Of a stretch of 56,669 nucleotides of DNA, positions 17,402 to 26,217 are shown piece by piece. The notes beneath the pieces were generated by a model. It saw only the letters and a program-made list of their open reading frames with translations, was not told the DNA's origin and did no database searches. The position numbers and the translations under genes were made by a program. Where the stretch lies: positions 1 to 56,669 of the forward strand of contig CAZSZQ010000004.1 in NCBI GenBank assembly GCA_964610475.1. The letters run 5' to 3'. Source of the stretch: an uncultured Desulfatiglans sp. GTDB lineage: Bacteria > Desulfobacterota > DSM-4660 > Desulfatiglandales > HGW-15. Position 1 is the stretch's first letter. Each line of letters opens with the position of its first letter.

Positions 17402-18328
17402 ATGGTTGATTTAAGATCACAATCAAAATATGAAAAGTACGCTATCAGGCAACCGGATATGGATCTATTTCCCAAAATTAAGGGGCGTGAACCTATTATG
17501 ACTTATCTAAATAACAAACTGTTTCCTGATTTGCCCTACCATATTGATCTGAGCTTTATTACTTCTAAACCTGAACCGCATATTTTTGAACATACTTTAA
17601 CTTATGACAGGATATATATTTTCTGGAGCACAGACTACAAATATCCCCAGAATTTAGGTGCTACTATTGAGTGTTATATTGGCGGGCAGAGAACCGAATT
17701 CAGTAATACAACGAGTCTCTTTATACCAAAAGGAACAAGACTTGGACCGGTCAACTGGCTGAAATGGACCGCTCCGCATATCATGATGCAATTTATTCTT
17801 GGAACAGGTGACACCTCTGTTTTAACCAAAAGCGGAATGTTCCAGCCCAAAAACGTTCTACCTAAAAAAACCGATGAGATCAATTATGAACAATATGTAG
17901 TAAGAAGCCCCCTGAGAGAAGCTGGAGACGCACGCCAGGAACCATACAGAATGTATCCGACTATGACCTACATGAGTTCACGGCAGTGTAAGGCGAATAA
18001 TAACTATATTGAATTCGGTTATATCTGGGATAAGGTGGAACCGCCTGTGCCAAGGATGACCCACTACAACTTCAACGAAATAGTCCTTCACTTCGGAAAC
18101 GACCCTGACAACCCGACCAATCTGGGATGTCACATGCGATTCGATGTTGGCAATGATAAACTTGAATTTGATACCAATTACTGTATATGGCTGCCAAAAG
18201 GTATGACCCACGGCCCGCTGATGTGGTACGATGTCAAGAGGCCTTTTATTGAAATGGCTATTATGCTTGATGCCGGAACAATTGAACAATATGCTGATGA
18301 TGCGAATTTTGAACTGAACATTAAATAG
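17402..18328 (+). CDS. Two-domain (bicupin-like) protein of unknown function, paralogous to the gene pair 23594..24097 and 23123..23560
   Basis: ORF opens at 17378, but GAGGTGG sits 9 nt before ATG 17402. Two cupin motif-2 copies are present: FIPKGTRLGPVNW and WLPKGMTHGPLMW. Each is preceded by a DNP/NLG block (YPQNLGATIECYIGG and DPDNPTNLGCHMRFDVGND). Confidence 0.6.
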   Translation: MVDLRSQSKYEKYAIRQPDMDLFPKIKGREPIMTYLNNKLFPDLPYHIDLSFITSKPEPHIFEHTLTYDRIYIFWSTDYKYPQNLGATIECYIGGQRTEFSNTTSLFIPKGTRLGPVNWLKWTAPHIMMQFILGTGDTSVLTKSGMFQPKNVLPKKTDEINYEQYVVRSPLREAGDARQEPYRMYPTMTYMSSRQCKANNNYIEFGYIWDKVEPPVPRMTHYNFNEIVLHFGNDPDNPTNLGCHMRFDVGNDKLEFDTNYCIWLPKGMTHGPLMWYDVKRPFIEMAIMLDAGTIEQYADDANFELNIK

Positions 18329-18463
18329 TGTCTATCTAAAACTGTCGTTTTTGGATTTCCATTCCAGAATTTATCTCTTTCTGAATGGACACTAAATAGA
18401 TAAAACAGATCGGAATATAGAAAGGTTGTAAAGAATCTCCTTTTTACAATTAAAAGAAATATA

Positions 18464-20395
18464 TCAGGCATTAACGGCAGCTCTGGTAAAATTCTCTAAA
18501 AAATAATCCAGGGATTCATGCTGTTTTTCTGTCAGATCCTTGAATTGTATACCCCTTCTGCGAATGGTAACATCCGTAAGATCCCTGGAATGATTTAATA
18601 CAGCGTCAGATACGGTTCTACACAAAATGTCTTCAAGAACAAATCTTTTATCCGAAGTCATAATAGAATATTTGCCATTCTCAACTATCTGGTTTTTAAC
18701 ACTGTAATATTTGAATGACATACCGGATCTGCTTATATCAATCAGACTGTGTTTCTTTTCAGGTCTTGAATTGGAAACAACAAAAATATCCTCTTTCGTT
18801 GTAAACCTCTCTTGAAGTCTCCTGTCTCTTTTTCTGATACTAAGGATATCCTTTAGGGTTTTTGCCAGCGTAGTTGTCCTGACCGGTTTTGTCAGTATTT
18901 TACATATCCCTTTGCTTTTAATAGCTGCCGGGTCTACTTTATTATTGAAACCTGTGCAAATTATAACAGGAATTTTTTCTCTGATCTCCTGAATTTTTAT
19001 TGCTAGCAGATCACCTGTCATCTTGGGCATAGTCATATCGGTGATTACCAGATCAAACAGATCCGGATTATTTTCAAACACTTCAAGCGCCCGGCTGCTT
19101 TCTGTAAATGCTTTGACTTTGTAACCAAGCTGTTCCATCATAATCTTCATTGTGTCAGCTATCATGTATTCATCATCAACCAGCAATATGGTTTCCTTAC
19201 CGCCGGGAATACACTCAACATCCATAACAGGTTTGTTGTCTAAAACTGCATCAATCACTGGCAGATATACTGTAACCCTGGTTCCCGCTCCGACCATGCT
19301 TTCCACTTTAATAGCGCCGCCATGGTTTTTTATTATCCCATGGACAACAGCCAGTCCCATCCCTGTCCCTTTTCCAGGCTCTTTTGTGGTGAAATATGGA
19401 TCAAACACCCTTTTGATGATATCGTTTGGGATACCATGTCCTGTATCTGATATGGTAAGTTCAGCGTAACGGCCGTGTGGCAAGTCACTAAACGATGTTA
19501 TCGGATCTATACCCATTACTTTAGTAGTTATACTTACTTCAAGTACGCCACCCGAACCATTCATGGCATGTGCTGAATTTGTACAGAGATTAATCATTAC
19601 CTGGTTGATCTGTGTCTGGTCACCCATAATAACAAGCTGAGAATCAGGAAAATTCTTTTTTATTTCTATATCAGAAGGTAAACTTGACCTGAGAAGTTTC
19701 AATGATTCATCAATACTCAATATAAGATCAATGGGTTTTTTCTCCACATCGGAATATCTTGAAAAACTTAATAACCGGCTGACCATTTCTTCTGCCCTGC
19801 AACTTGCAGTGATTATATTATTTAAATATTGCCTTATTGTATTGTCCTTTGGAGTTGATCTCATGGCAAGTTCAGTATTTCCTATAATAATACCAAGCGT
19901 ATTATTAAAATCATGGGCCATACCTCCTGCAAGAGTTCCTATAGCCTCCATTTTTTGAGACTGTCTTAGCTGGTGTTCAAGTTGTTTTTTTTCTGATTGT
20001 ATTACTCTCTTTTCATCCTTTGATCTTTTATTTCTTACCGCATTTTCTACCCTGATGATTAATTCATCCGTATTAAAGGGTTTTTTGATATAATCAGATG
20101 CACCTTCTCTTATAGCCTTTATGGCCGAATCCATTGTAGTGTCCCCTGTAATTATAATAAATAAAGTATCAAGATCCAGATCCTTAACAGATTCCATGAT
20201 CTGAAATCCGTTCATTACAGGCATCATAACATCCAGGATAGCAAGATCGTATTCCTTTTGATGCAGGAATTCGATTGCTTCCAGGGCATTATCAGTTACG
20301 GTTATCTCATAGTCCTTTCTGGACAGCACTGCCTTAACGCTCGTAGCTACAACCGTATCATCATCTACTATTAATATTTTTGCACTCGGCTCCAT
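18464..20395 (-). CDS. Hybrid histidine kinase: REC, HisKA, HATPase_c, REC, PilZ
   Basis: 643-aa ORF. REC1 (ILIVDDD, LAILDVMMP), H-box MAHDFNNTLGII, G-boxes SDTGHGI and GTGMGLAVV, REC2 (ILLVDDE, DLVITDMTMP). C-terminal PilZ motifs RRLQER (RxxxR) and DISRSGM (DxSxxG). Confidence 0.85.
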   Translation of the reverse strand: MEPSAKILIVDDDTVVATSVKAVLSRKDYEITVTDNALEAIEFLHQKEYDLAILDVMMPVMNGFQIMESVKDLDLDTLFIIITGDTTMDSAIKAIREGASDYIKKPFNTDELIIRVENAVRNKRSKDEKRVIQSEKKQLEHQLRQSQKMEAIGTLAGGMAHDFNNTLGIIIGNTELAMRSTPKDNTIRQYLNNIITASCRAEEMVSRLLSFSRYSDVEKKPIDLILSIDESLKLLRSSLPSDIEIKKNFPDSQLVIMGDQTQINQVMINLCTNSAHAMNGSGGVLEVSITTKVMGIDPITSFSDLPHGRYAELTISDTGHGIPNDIIKRVFDPYFTTKEPGKGTGMGLAVVHGIIKNHGGAIKVESMVGAGTRVTVYLPVIDAVLDNKPVMDVECIPGGKETILLVDDEYMIADTMKIMMEQLGYKVKAFTESSRALEVFENNPDLFDLVITDMTMPKMTGDLLAIKIQEIREKIPVIICTGFNNKVDPAAIKSKGICKILTKPVRTTTLAKTLKDILSIRKRDRRLQERFTTKEDIFVVSNSRPEKKHSLIDISRSGMSFKYYSVKNQIVENGKYSIMTSDKRFVLEDILCRTVSDAVLNHSRDLTDVTIRRRGIQFKDLTEKQHESLDYFLENFTRAAVNA

Positions 20396-20491
20396 AAAAA
20401 CTCCTTTGGAGATAAATAATGAACATTTTTAGTCAATAAACTTTTTTCTGAGCACCAGATGCATTTTCAGATACTTCCTGTTTATATACAT

Positions 20492-22699
20492 TTAATTGAC
20501 AGGCAATGTTATCTTAAAACATGCACCCTTGCCGCTGTTATCATCAAGATAGACCGTTCCGCCCATTCTCTTGATAAGTTCATAAACAATCAATAATCCA
20601 AGACCATCATGATCAGATTTGGTTGTTGATTGCTTTTTAAACAGGTTGGATTTTAAATGATCTGGAAAACCCGCCCCTTCATCAGATATGGATATTTCAA
20701 TTTTTTCCATATCGCCTTTCGGACTGGTATTATTAAGATTACCATTCCGTAAACTGCCTTTATGCCTTACATCTACGGTTATATTTCCACCCTGTGGCAT
20801 TGCCTCTATTGCGTTATTAATCAGATTTATCAATACCTGTCTGAAAGCATCCTTGTCGATTTTGATATCCGGGATATTCTCATCTTCCTTGAAATTTATC
20901 CTGATTTCAGAACCGGTTATATTGCTGTTTTTTATGAGAAGAATAGTATCTGAAATGATGCTGTTGATATTTGAGACACTTTTTTCTGCTTTTTCGGCAG
21001 ATGGGGATGATTTGAATTCCTTTAATAATTTGCTTATACGGTCCAGTTCATCATCTATTATCCTTATTTCATCATTCCCAACATTCATATCATCAAGCTT
21101 CATGTTAAGAACCTTAAGGTAATTTTTTATGGCACTAAGGGGGTTATTTATTTCGTGGATCAGTTTTCTGGTCTGTATTAAATTCGATTCGATGTTTTTA
21201 TTTGTTTTGCCTTCACCCTTGTTATTCAGATCATCATCTGCGAGATATGGTATTGTTAATTCGATAAAATACCGCAGCCTTTCTATACGTTCTCTGTTTA
21301 TATTTATCCCTTTATTATTGATCCCGAAGACAATGACTCCCAAAATTCTTTCATTATAAATCAAAGGCAGACAATAAATCCCATCTGTGTTCATATAATT
21401 GGATATCTGAAGGTCAAAAAGGGCAGATTCAGTGTTATCTACCCTTTCAAGAGAGTTGATTTCAATTCCCATTAAAAAGGAGGTAATTATATTGCTCTCT
21501 TTAGCATCAATTGAAACCGAAACATCATCGCATAATGATATATTTCCGGGTAACGATAGCCTTATGCCATCAAGAGATTTGTTTGCCGCATTGTGCTTAA
21601 AATAAAAAGCCTCATCGATTCCTGTCAGTATATTAATAGATCTTCCGATATTTTTGTATCGTTCATTCACATCGGTTGATTTACGAACCCTGTCAACCAA
21701 TATTGACAGCAAAGAAGCGTTCCCTATCTCATTCAAATGTATAACTTCTCTTTTTTCTTCCGGTTGATAGAGGAATTCACTGTTATTTTTTAAAATTTCA
21801 ATCCCAAGGTTTAACAGACGATTTTGGGCCTTTAAATCGGCAATTGAGATTAATTCTTCAATCTGATTATCGGTCAAATTGAACAATTCTTTTCCTGTTT
21901 CCAGACAGCTGGAACGATTACCCTCATATTTGGTATAAACCATACTGGAAAAATATACCATCTTTACCAGTTTATTTGACTGTTTTATAGTTTTCAATGG
22001 ATGATGGTGATAAAAAATAGCATCTGAGAGAAATGGAAAAGAATCCCAGTGCTCAACCATACGGGCACCCATAAAACAGTGATTAATACCAAGTGCATGA
22101 TCCTCAGAGGATACTTGGTTGGTATCATTATCAATAAACTCTGCCGACGAACTCAGCCTGCTGTATTGAAGGGGAAATCTGGTTAAAAGAGCTACAGCAC
22201 CCATATTATGGATAAGGCCGGCAATATAAGCATTAAATGAGGATGTATAACCAATTGATTCAGATATAAGGGCGGAGAGATGTGCGGTTTTTAGTGAAAG
22301 AAAAAAATCGTTGTTTTTACAAAATTCAATGCAGTCTGAGTCCTGTGAGATATATGAACGGGTTAATAAATCTTTTATTAGATGTACCGAAATATCGTTT
22401 CCTATTATTTTAATTATATCATTAAAACTAACTATAGTTTTATTTTCTGAAAAATATGATGAATGTGCTAAATTTAGCAAATTAAATGAAAGTGAAGGGC
22501 TTATAGCAATGTAATCTTTGAGATCTTCTGAAAATTTATGAAGATCAAATGTCTTAAGTATTTTGGCACTAATTTCAGGTTCAACGGGAAGAAACAGGAG
22601 TTCGGCGATAATCGAGTCAACTGAGCCTGTAATTACCCTGTTGTAATCTCTCCTGCGATAATATGATAAGTTCCGTTTAGTCATCCGATGCATCTTCAT
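20492..22699 (-). CDS. HDOD, GAF-like, histidine kinase sensor protein
   Basis: 735-aa ORF. HDOD features (AGLIHNMGAVAL, HALGINHCFMGARMVEHW, FYHHHP), a central GAF-like block (LIYNERILGVIVFG), H-box IHEINNPLSAI, and G-box DGLGLLIVYELI. Confidence 0.8.
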   Translation of the reverse strand: MKMHRMTKRNLSYYRRRDYNRVITGSVDSIIAELLFLPVEPEISAKILKTFDLHKFSEDLKDYIAISPSLSFNLLNLAHSSYFSENKTIVSFNDIIKIIGNDISVHLIKDLLTRSYISQDSDCIEFCKNNDFFLSLKTAHLSALISESIGYTSSFNAYIAGLIHNMGAVALLTRFPLQYSRLSSSAEFIDNDTNQVSSEDHALGINHCFMGARMVEHWDSFPFLSDAIFYHHHPLKTIKQSNKLVKMVYFSSMVYTKYEGNRSSCLETGKELFNLTDNQIEELISIADLKAQNRLLNLGIEILKNNSEFLYQPEEKREVIHLNEIGNASLLSILVDRVRKSTDVNERYKNIGRSINILTGIDEAFYFKHNAANKSLDGIRLSLPGNISLCDDVSVSIDAKESNIITSFLMGIEINSLERVDNTESALFDLQISNYMNTDGIYCLPLIYNERILGVIVFGINNKGININRERIERLRYFIELTIPYLADDDLNNKGEGKTNKNIESNLIQTRKLIHEINNPLSAIKNYLKVLNMKLDDMNVGNDEIRIIDDELDRISKLLKEFKSSPSAEKAEKSVSNINSIISDTILLIKNSNITGSEIRINFKEDENIPDIKIDKDAFRQVLINLINNAIEAMPQGGNITVDVRHKGSLRNGNLNNTSPKGDMEKIEISISDEGAGFPDHLKSNLFKKQSTTKSDHDGLGLLIVYELIKRMGGTVYLDDNSGKGACFKITLPVN

Positions 22700-23122
22700 T
22701 CTATCATTGGGCTATATATAAATATTGTGAATATAAAATTTTACTAAAAGATAGTTGCATCTCGACTCGAGCAGCAATAGTGCTTAAAGGATGCTAAAAA
22801 AAATTTTTTTATTTTTCTATAACAATAAATTTTAATTGTCAACAAAATGTAGGGCATAATTCATTTTTTTACCCTATATATGGTATTTATTAAAATGACT
22901 TCCTGATTTTTTTAAACTACATTTTATAGACAATAATTAAAATCGTCATTTATTGATATTATCTTGAAAACATTAAAGGCGGATTTTAAAAGTAATATAC
23001 TACGGCCTGAAGAACCTTTCTATCATTTCTGACACAACGTATGGGTAAAACCGATAAGGAAAACCACTTAACACAATCTGTTAATAAGGATGTAATAAAA
23101 GTAATATTTTATAATCTTTTTA

Positions 23123-23560
23123 CTATTTGTATCTAAGTGTTGGCCCGGCAGTAAAATGCATGATCGGTTGGTTTACTTTTTTAATAATTAAGGGGCCATG
23201 TTCAATACCTGCCGGGATATAGGAGGCAAAACTCTCAGTAATATTATAGGTTTTGCCGTCTATTGTGAACTCTATCTCTGCGCCAAGGTCGCAAATGTTA
23301 TCATAATTATATCCATAAAACCCTATCAGTTCTCCCCATGAATGTTTATGTGCTTCAACCTTTGTGACCCCTTTATTGAATTCTTTCCCGGGAACAATCC
23401 ACATTGCCTCACTGTAGAAATCTGCCTCAGGGACAACATCCCCATCAAGATGGGCAATCCTTCTGAATAGCTTTGTATCCATCTTTGGCCTGAACGAGGG
23501 ATATGTCACGTTTGGTTTATCAACCATAACAAAAAGCTTTTCATATTTTTTTCCGGTCAT
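23123..23560 (-). CDS. Monocupin protein (paralog of the bicupin C-terminal half)
   Basis: 145-aa ORF. Cupin motif 1 HKHSWGE (HxHxxxE) and motif 2 IPAGIEHGP (PxGxxH), plus DNICDLGAEIEFTIDG. Confidence 0.65.
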   Translation of the reverse strand: MTGKKYEKLFVMVDKPNVTYPSFRPKMDTKLFRRIAHLDGDVVPEADFYSEAMWIVPGKEFNKGVTKVEAHKHSWGELIGFYGYNYDNICDLGAEIEFTIDGKTYNITESFASYIPAGIEHGPLIIKKVNQPIMHFTAGPTLRYK

Positions 23561-23593
23561 TTTGTCTCCTTTATATACCCTTTATATCTGATT

Positions 23594-24097
23594 CTATGAA
23601 TAACTCTGACCCGGGCCAACAGTATAATGGAATACGGGCGATTCCATATTGCTTAACACCTTTAAGGGACAATGTACCATGCCGGCAGGTATATAAACCA
23701 TAAAGCTCTTATCAAGTATATATTTTTCATCCTCCAGCCAGAACTCTATTGTCATGCCCAGATATGAAGGGTTATCAGAATGGCAGCCAAACATTGTAAG
23801 TACCTCTGAAAAATTATGAGAATGCGGGGCTACCCCTGCTGCCTTTTCAAGCTCCTCCCTTGTCAGAATGGGTTTTGGCCTCTGATCTTTGAATGTCCGG
23901 GGCCATATCCACGTGCTCTCCGAATAAAATGCCCCTGGAATCACATCGCCGTCCATCCAGTTGATATGCTCAAGTTCAAGACGATACCCGTCTTTATCAT
24001 AACCTCTCCCGATTTTCTGATCTCCTTTATAGTCAGGCATCTTCTCAATATGTTTTAGATCAGTACATATATAAGGGCCATATTTTGAATTTTTCAT
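23594..24097 (-). CDS. Monocupin protein (paralog of the bicupin N-terminal half)
   Basis: ORF opens at 24133, but GGAG sits 9 nt before ATG 24097 (MKNSKYGPY...). Cupin motif 1 HSHNFSE and motif 2 IPAGMVHCP, plus DNPSYLGMTIEFWLED. Confidence 0.65.
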   Translation of the reverse strand: MKNSKYGPYICTDLKHIEKMPDYKGDQKIGRGYDKDGYRLELEHINWMDGDVIPGAFYSESTWIWPRTFKDQRPKPILTREELEKAAGVAPHSHNFSEVLTMFGCHSDNPSYLGMTIEFWLEDEKYILDKSFMVYIPAGMVHCPLKVLSNMESPVFHYTVGPGQSYS

Positions 24098-24277
24098 CTG
24101 GATATTCTCCTTCTGGAAACGCCTGTAAGGCATCTCCGGTTAAAATATTTTATCTCAATCGTTGATTAAAAAGAGGCGGATTATATTGAGTAGACCACAG
24201 GGTGTCAAGGTATTTTCTTATGATTTTTCAGTATGTTATAGCGAACTAAACCATTATGATATTGTTCTGTCAGGCGA

Positions 24278-24318
24278 AATTCCTGCCCTACGGTAAAAGA
24301 CCGGGCAGGGCAGGAATT
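24278..24318 (-). terminator. Strong hairpin between hcp and the cupin pair (possible terminator or attenuator)
   Basis: Perfect 12-bp inverted repeat AATTCCTGCCCT (24278-24289) / AGGGCAGGAATT (24307-24318), with an inner CGGT/ACCG pairing. It lies 12 nt after the hcp stop. There is no obvious U-tract. Confidence 0.45.
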
Positions 24319-24329
24319 ATTTAGAAAGG

Positions 24330-25958
24330 TTAACCTAAAATTGTCTTAAGATCATTATCAGGCGTTGAAATCGGCATGATATTGAAGTTTTTTACCAGTA
24401 CATCGAGCACATTCGGCGTAATAAAGGCAGGCAGGGACGGCCCCAGCCTAATATCCTTTATACCGAGATATAATAAAGTTAAAAGAATTGCACATGCCTT
24501 CTGCTCATACCATGAGAGTATCATAGAAAGAGGAAGATCATTTACTCCACAGTTAAACGCCTTGGCCAGAGCAACTGCTATCTGTATGGCAGAATAGGCA
24601 TCATTACACTGACCTATATCAAGTAGTCTGGGGATACCGCCGATATCTCCAAGTTTTTTATCAAAAAAGCGGAATTTTCCACAGGCAAGCGTTAAAACAA
24701 CACAATCGGAGGGTATCTTTTCAACAAATTCAGTGTAATAGTTTCTCCCTGGCTTTGCTCCATCGCATCCTGCAACAAGGAAGAAACGCCTGATAGCACC
24801 TCCTTTGACCGCTTCAATCACCTTACCCGCCACTCCCATGACTGCATTATGTGCAAACCCGGCTATTACCGTACCCTTGTCTTCATCTTTTGAAAATCCC
24901 GTCATCTCAAGAGACTTATTTATTACAGCAGAAAAATCAGTATTGCGAACATGCTTTACTCCTGGCCACCCTACCAGACCTGTAGTAAAAAGATTTAGGG
25001 TATAACTCTCCTGCGGTTTTTGAATACAGTTTGTGGTCATAAGGATCGCCCCCGGGAAAGCGGCAAATTCTTTTGCCTGGTTCTGCCATGCAGTACCATA
25101 ATGCCCGTAAAAATGGCTGTATTTCTTCAGATTCGGGTATCCATGTGCTGGAAGCATCTCTCCGTGGGTATATACATATATGCCTTTTCCCTCACTTTGT
25201 TTAAGGATTGTTTCAAGATCAATCAGGTCATGACCGGAAACAAGTATAGCCTTTCCTTTTTTATAACCAAGGGGAATAGATATCGGAACAGGGTGACCGA
25301 ACCGTGACGTATGGCCTTTGTCCAGAAGCTCCATTGCCTTGAGGTTTATCTCACCGCATTTCAGGGCAAGACCCACCCAGTCATTTAATGTGAGATTTTT
25401 CTTGAGCATTGATGTAAGTGTTTCATGGATATATGCATACACTGCCTCATCCTCCTGGCCCAGAAGATGCGCATGATCCGCATAGGCACAGAGGCCCTTT
25501 ATTCCATATAATGTGGTGTGCATAAGAGAAAGAATATCAGGATTAATAGATGTATCGGACTTGGGTCCTACACTCTCACCTTTAGCTACAAGTTCGCTGA
25601 CAGAGCTGCCGGGAATATATATGGCGGCATCTTCTTTAAAGTCTGCCTTTCCTCCTGCTGCAGAAACCTTTTTCTTAAGCTGATCCCTGAGTTCGGCGCA
25701 TTTTTTAATGAGATTTACAAATCTGTTGCTGTCAAAATCCACATTGGTCAGTGTGGAAAAGACGGCCTCACAGGTAAACACATTGACATCACGGTCACTG
25801 ATACCCGCCTTTCTTCCTTCTACTGCATACAGGGATAATCCTTCTACCATATAAATAAGCAGATCCTGTAGCGCTGCAACATCCGGCTGTTTTCCGCACA
25901 CACCGATCTTTGTGCATCCCTCTCCCTTGGCTGTCTGTTCACATTGATAACAAAACAT
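24330..25958 (-). CDS. hcp: Hybrid-cluster protein (hydroxylamine / NO reductase), class I Cys spacing
   Basis: 542-aa ORF. The N-terminus MFCYQCEQTAKGEGCTKIGVCGK has Cys-X2-Cys-X7-Cys-X5-Cys spacing. AAGGAGGAG Shine-Dalgarno upstream. Confidence 0.95.
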   Translation of the reverse strand: MFCYQCEQTAKGEGCTKIGVCGKQPDVAALQDLLIYMVEGLSLYAVEGRKAGISDRDVNVFTCEAVFSTLTNVDFDSNRFVNLIKKCAELRDQLKKKVSAAGGKADFKEDAAIYIPGSSVSELVAKGESVGPKSDTSINPDILSLMHTTLYGIKGLCAYADHAHLLGQEDEAVYAYIHETLTSMLKKNLTLNDWVGLALKCGEINLKAMELLDKGHTSRFGHPVPISIPLGYKKGKAILVSGHDLIDLETILKQSEGKGIYVYTHGEMLPAHGYPNLKKYSHFYGHYGTAWQNQAKEFAAFPGAILMTTNCIQKPQESYTLNLFTTGLVGWPGVKHVRNTDFSAVINKSLEMTGFSKDEDKGTVIAGFAHNAVMGVAGKVIEAVKGGAIRRFFLVAGCDGAKPGRNYYTEFVEKIPSDCVVLTLACGKFRFFDKKLGDIGGIPRLLDIGQCNDAYSAIQIAVALAKAFNCGVNDLPLSMILSWYEQKACAILLTLLYLGIKDIRLGPSLPAFITPNVLDVLVKNFNIMPISTPDNDLKTILG

Positions 25959-26008
25959 AATTTTCTCCTCCTTAAAAGTTAATTTTATTCTCCGGTATTT
26001 TTTTATGG

Positions 26009-26050
26009 ATTATAGTCTAATACAAAAACCTTTACATTGATTTATGTCAA
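26009..26050 (-). promoter_or_regulatory. FNR/CRP-family (HcpR-type?) class II activated promoter of hcp
   Basis: TTGAT-ttat-GTCAA palindrome (26037-26050; 9/10 match to TTGAT-N4-ATCAA). Its centre lies 32 bp from the centre of a perfect TATAAT (minus strand, 26014-26009), the geometry of a -41.5 site. Confidence 0.65.
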
Positions 26051-26217
26051 AAAATAAAAAGATGAGAAAATTATTTTTAATGAAATATACTGTTTATTTT
26101 ACCCTGTAATTTCTATTTGTTCAATTTTATAAAATATTTCTTTGAAAAAAATATTTTTTTAGTTATCTTCTTGCTGCTTTCAATATCCATGAACAGATAA
26201 ATGAGGAGGTATTCACA

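Noticed and set aside
24098-24329. Second FNR-type box upstream of the cupin pair, and upstream of the bicupin at 17231-17401
   Set aside because: Only partial half-sites were found (TCAATCGTTGA; TTGATTACCTTGAC). None has TTGAT-N4-ATCAA symmetry or correct spacing to a -10 element.
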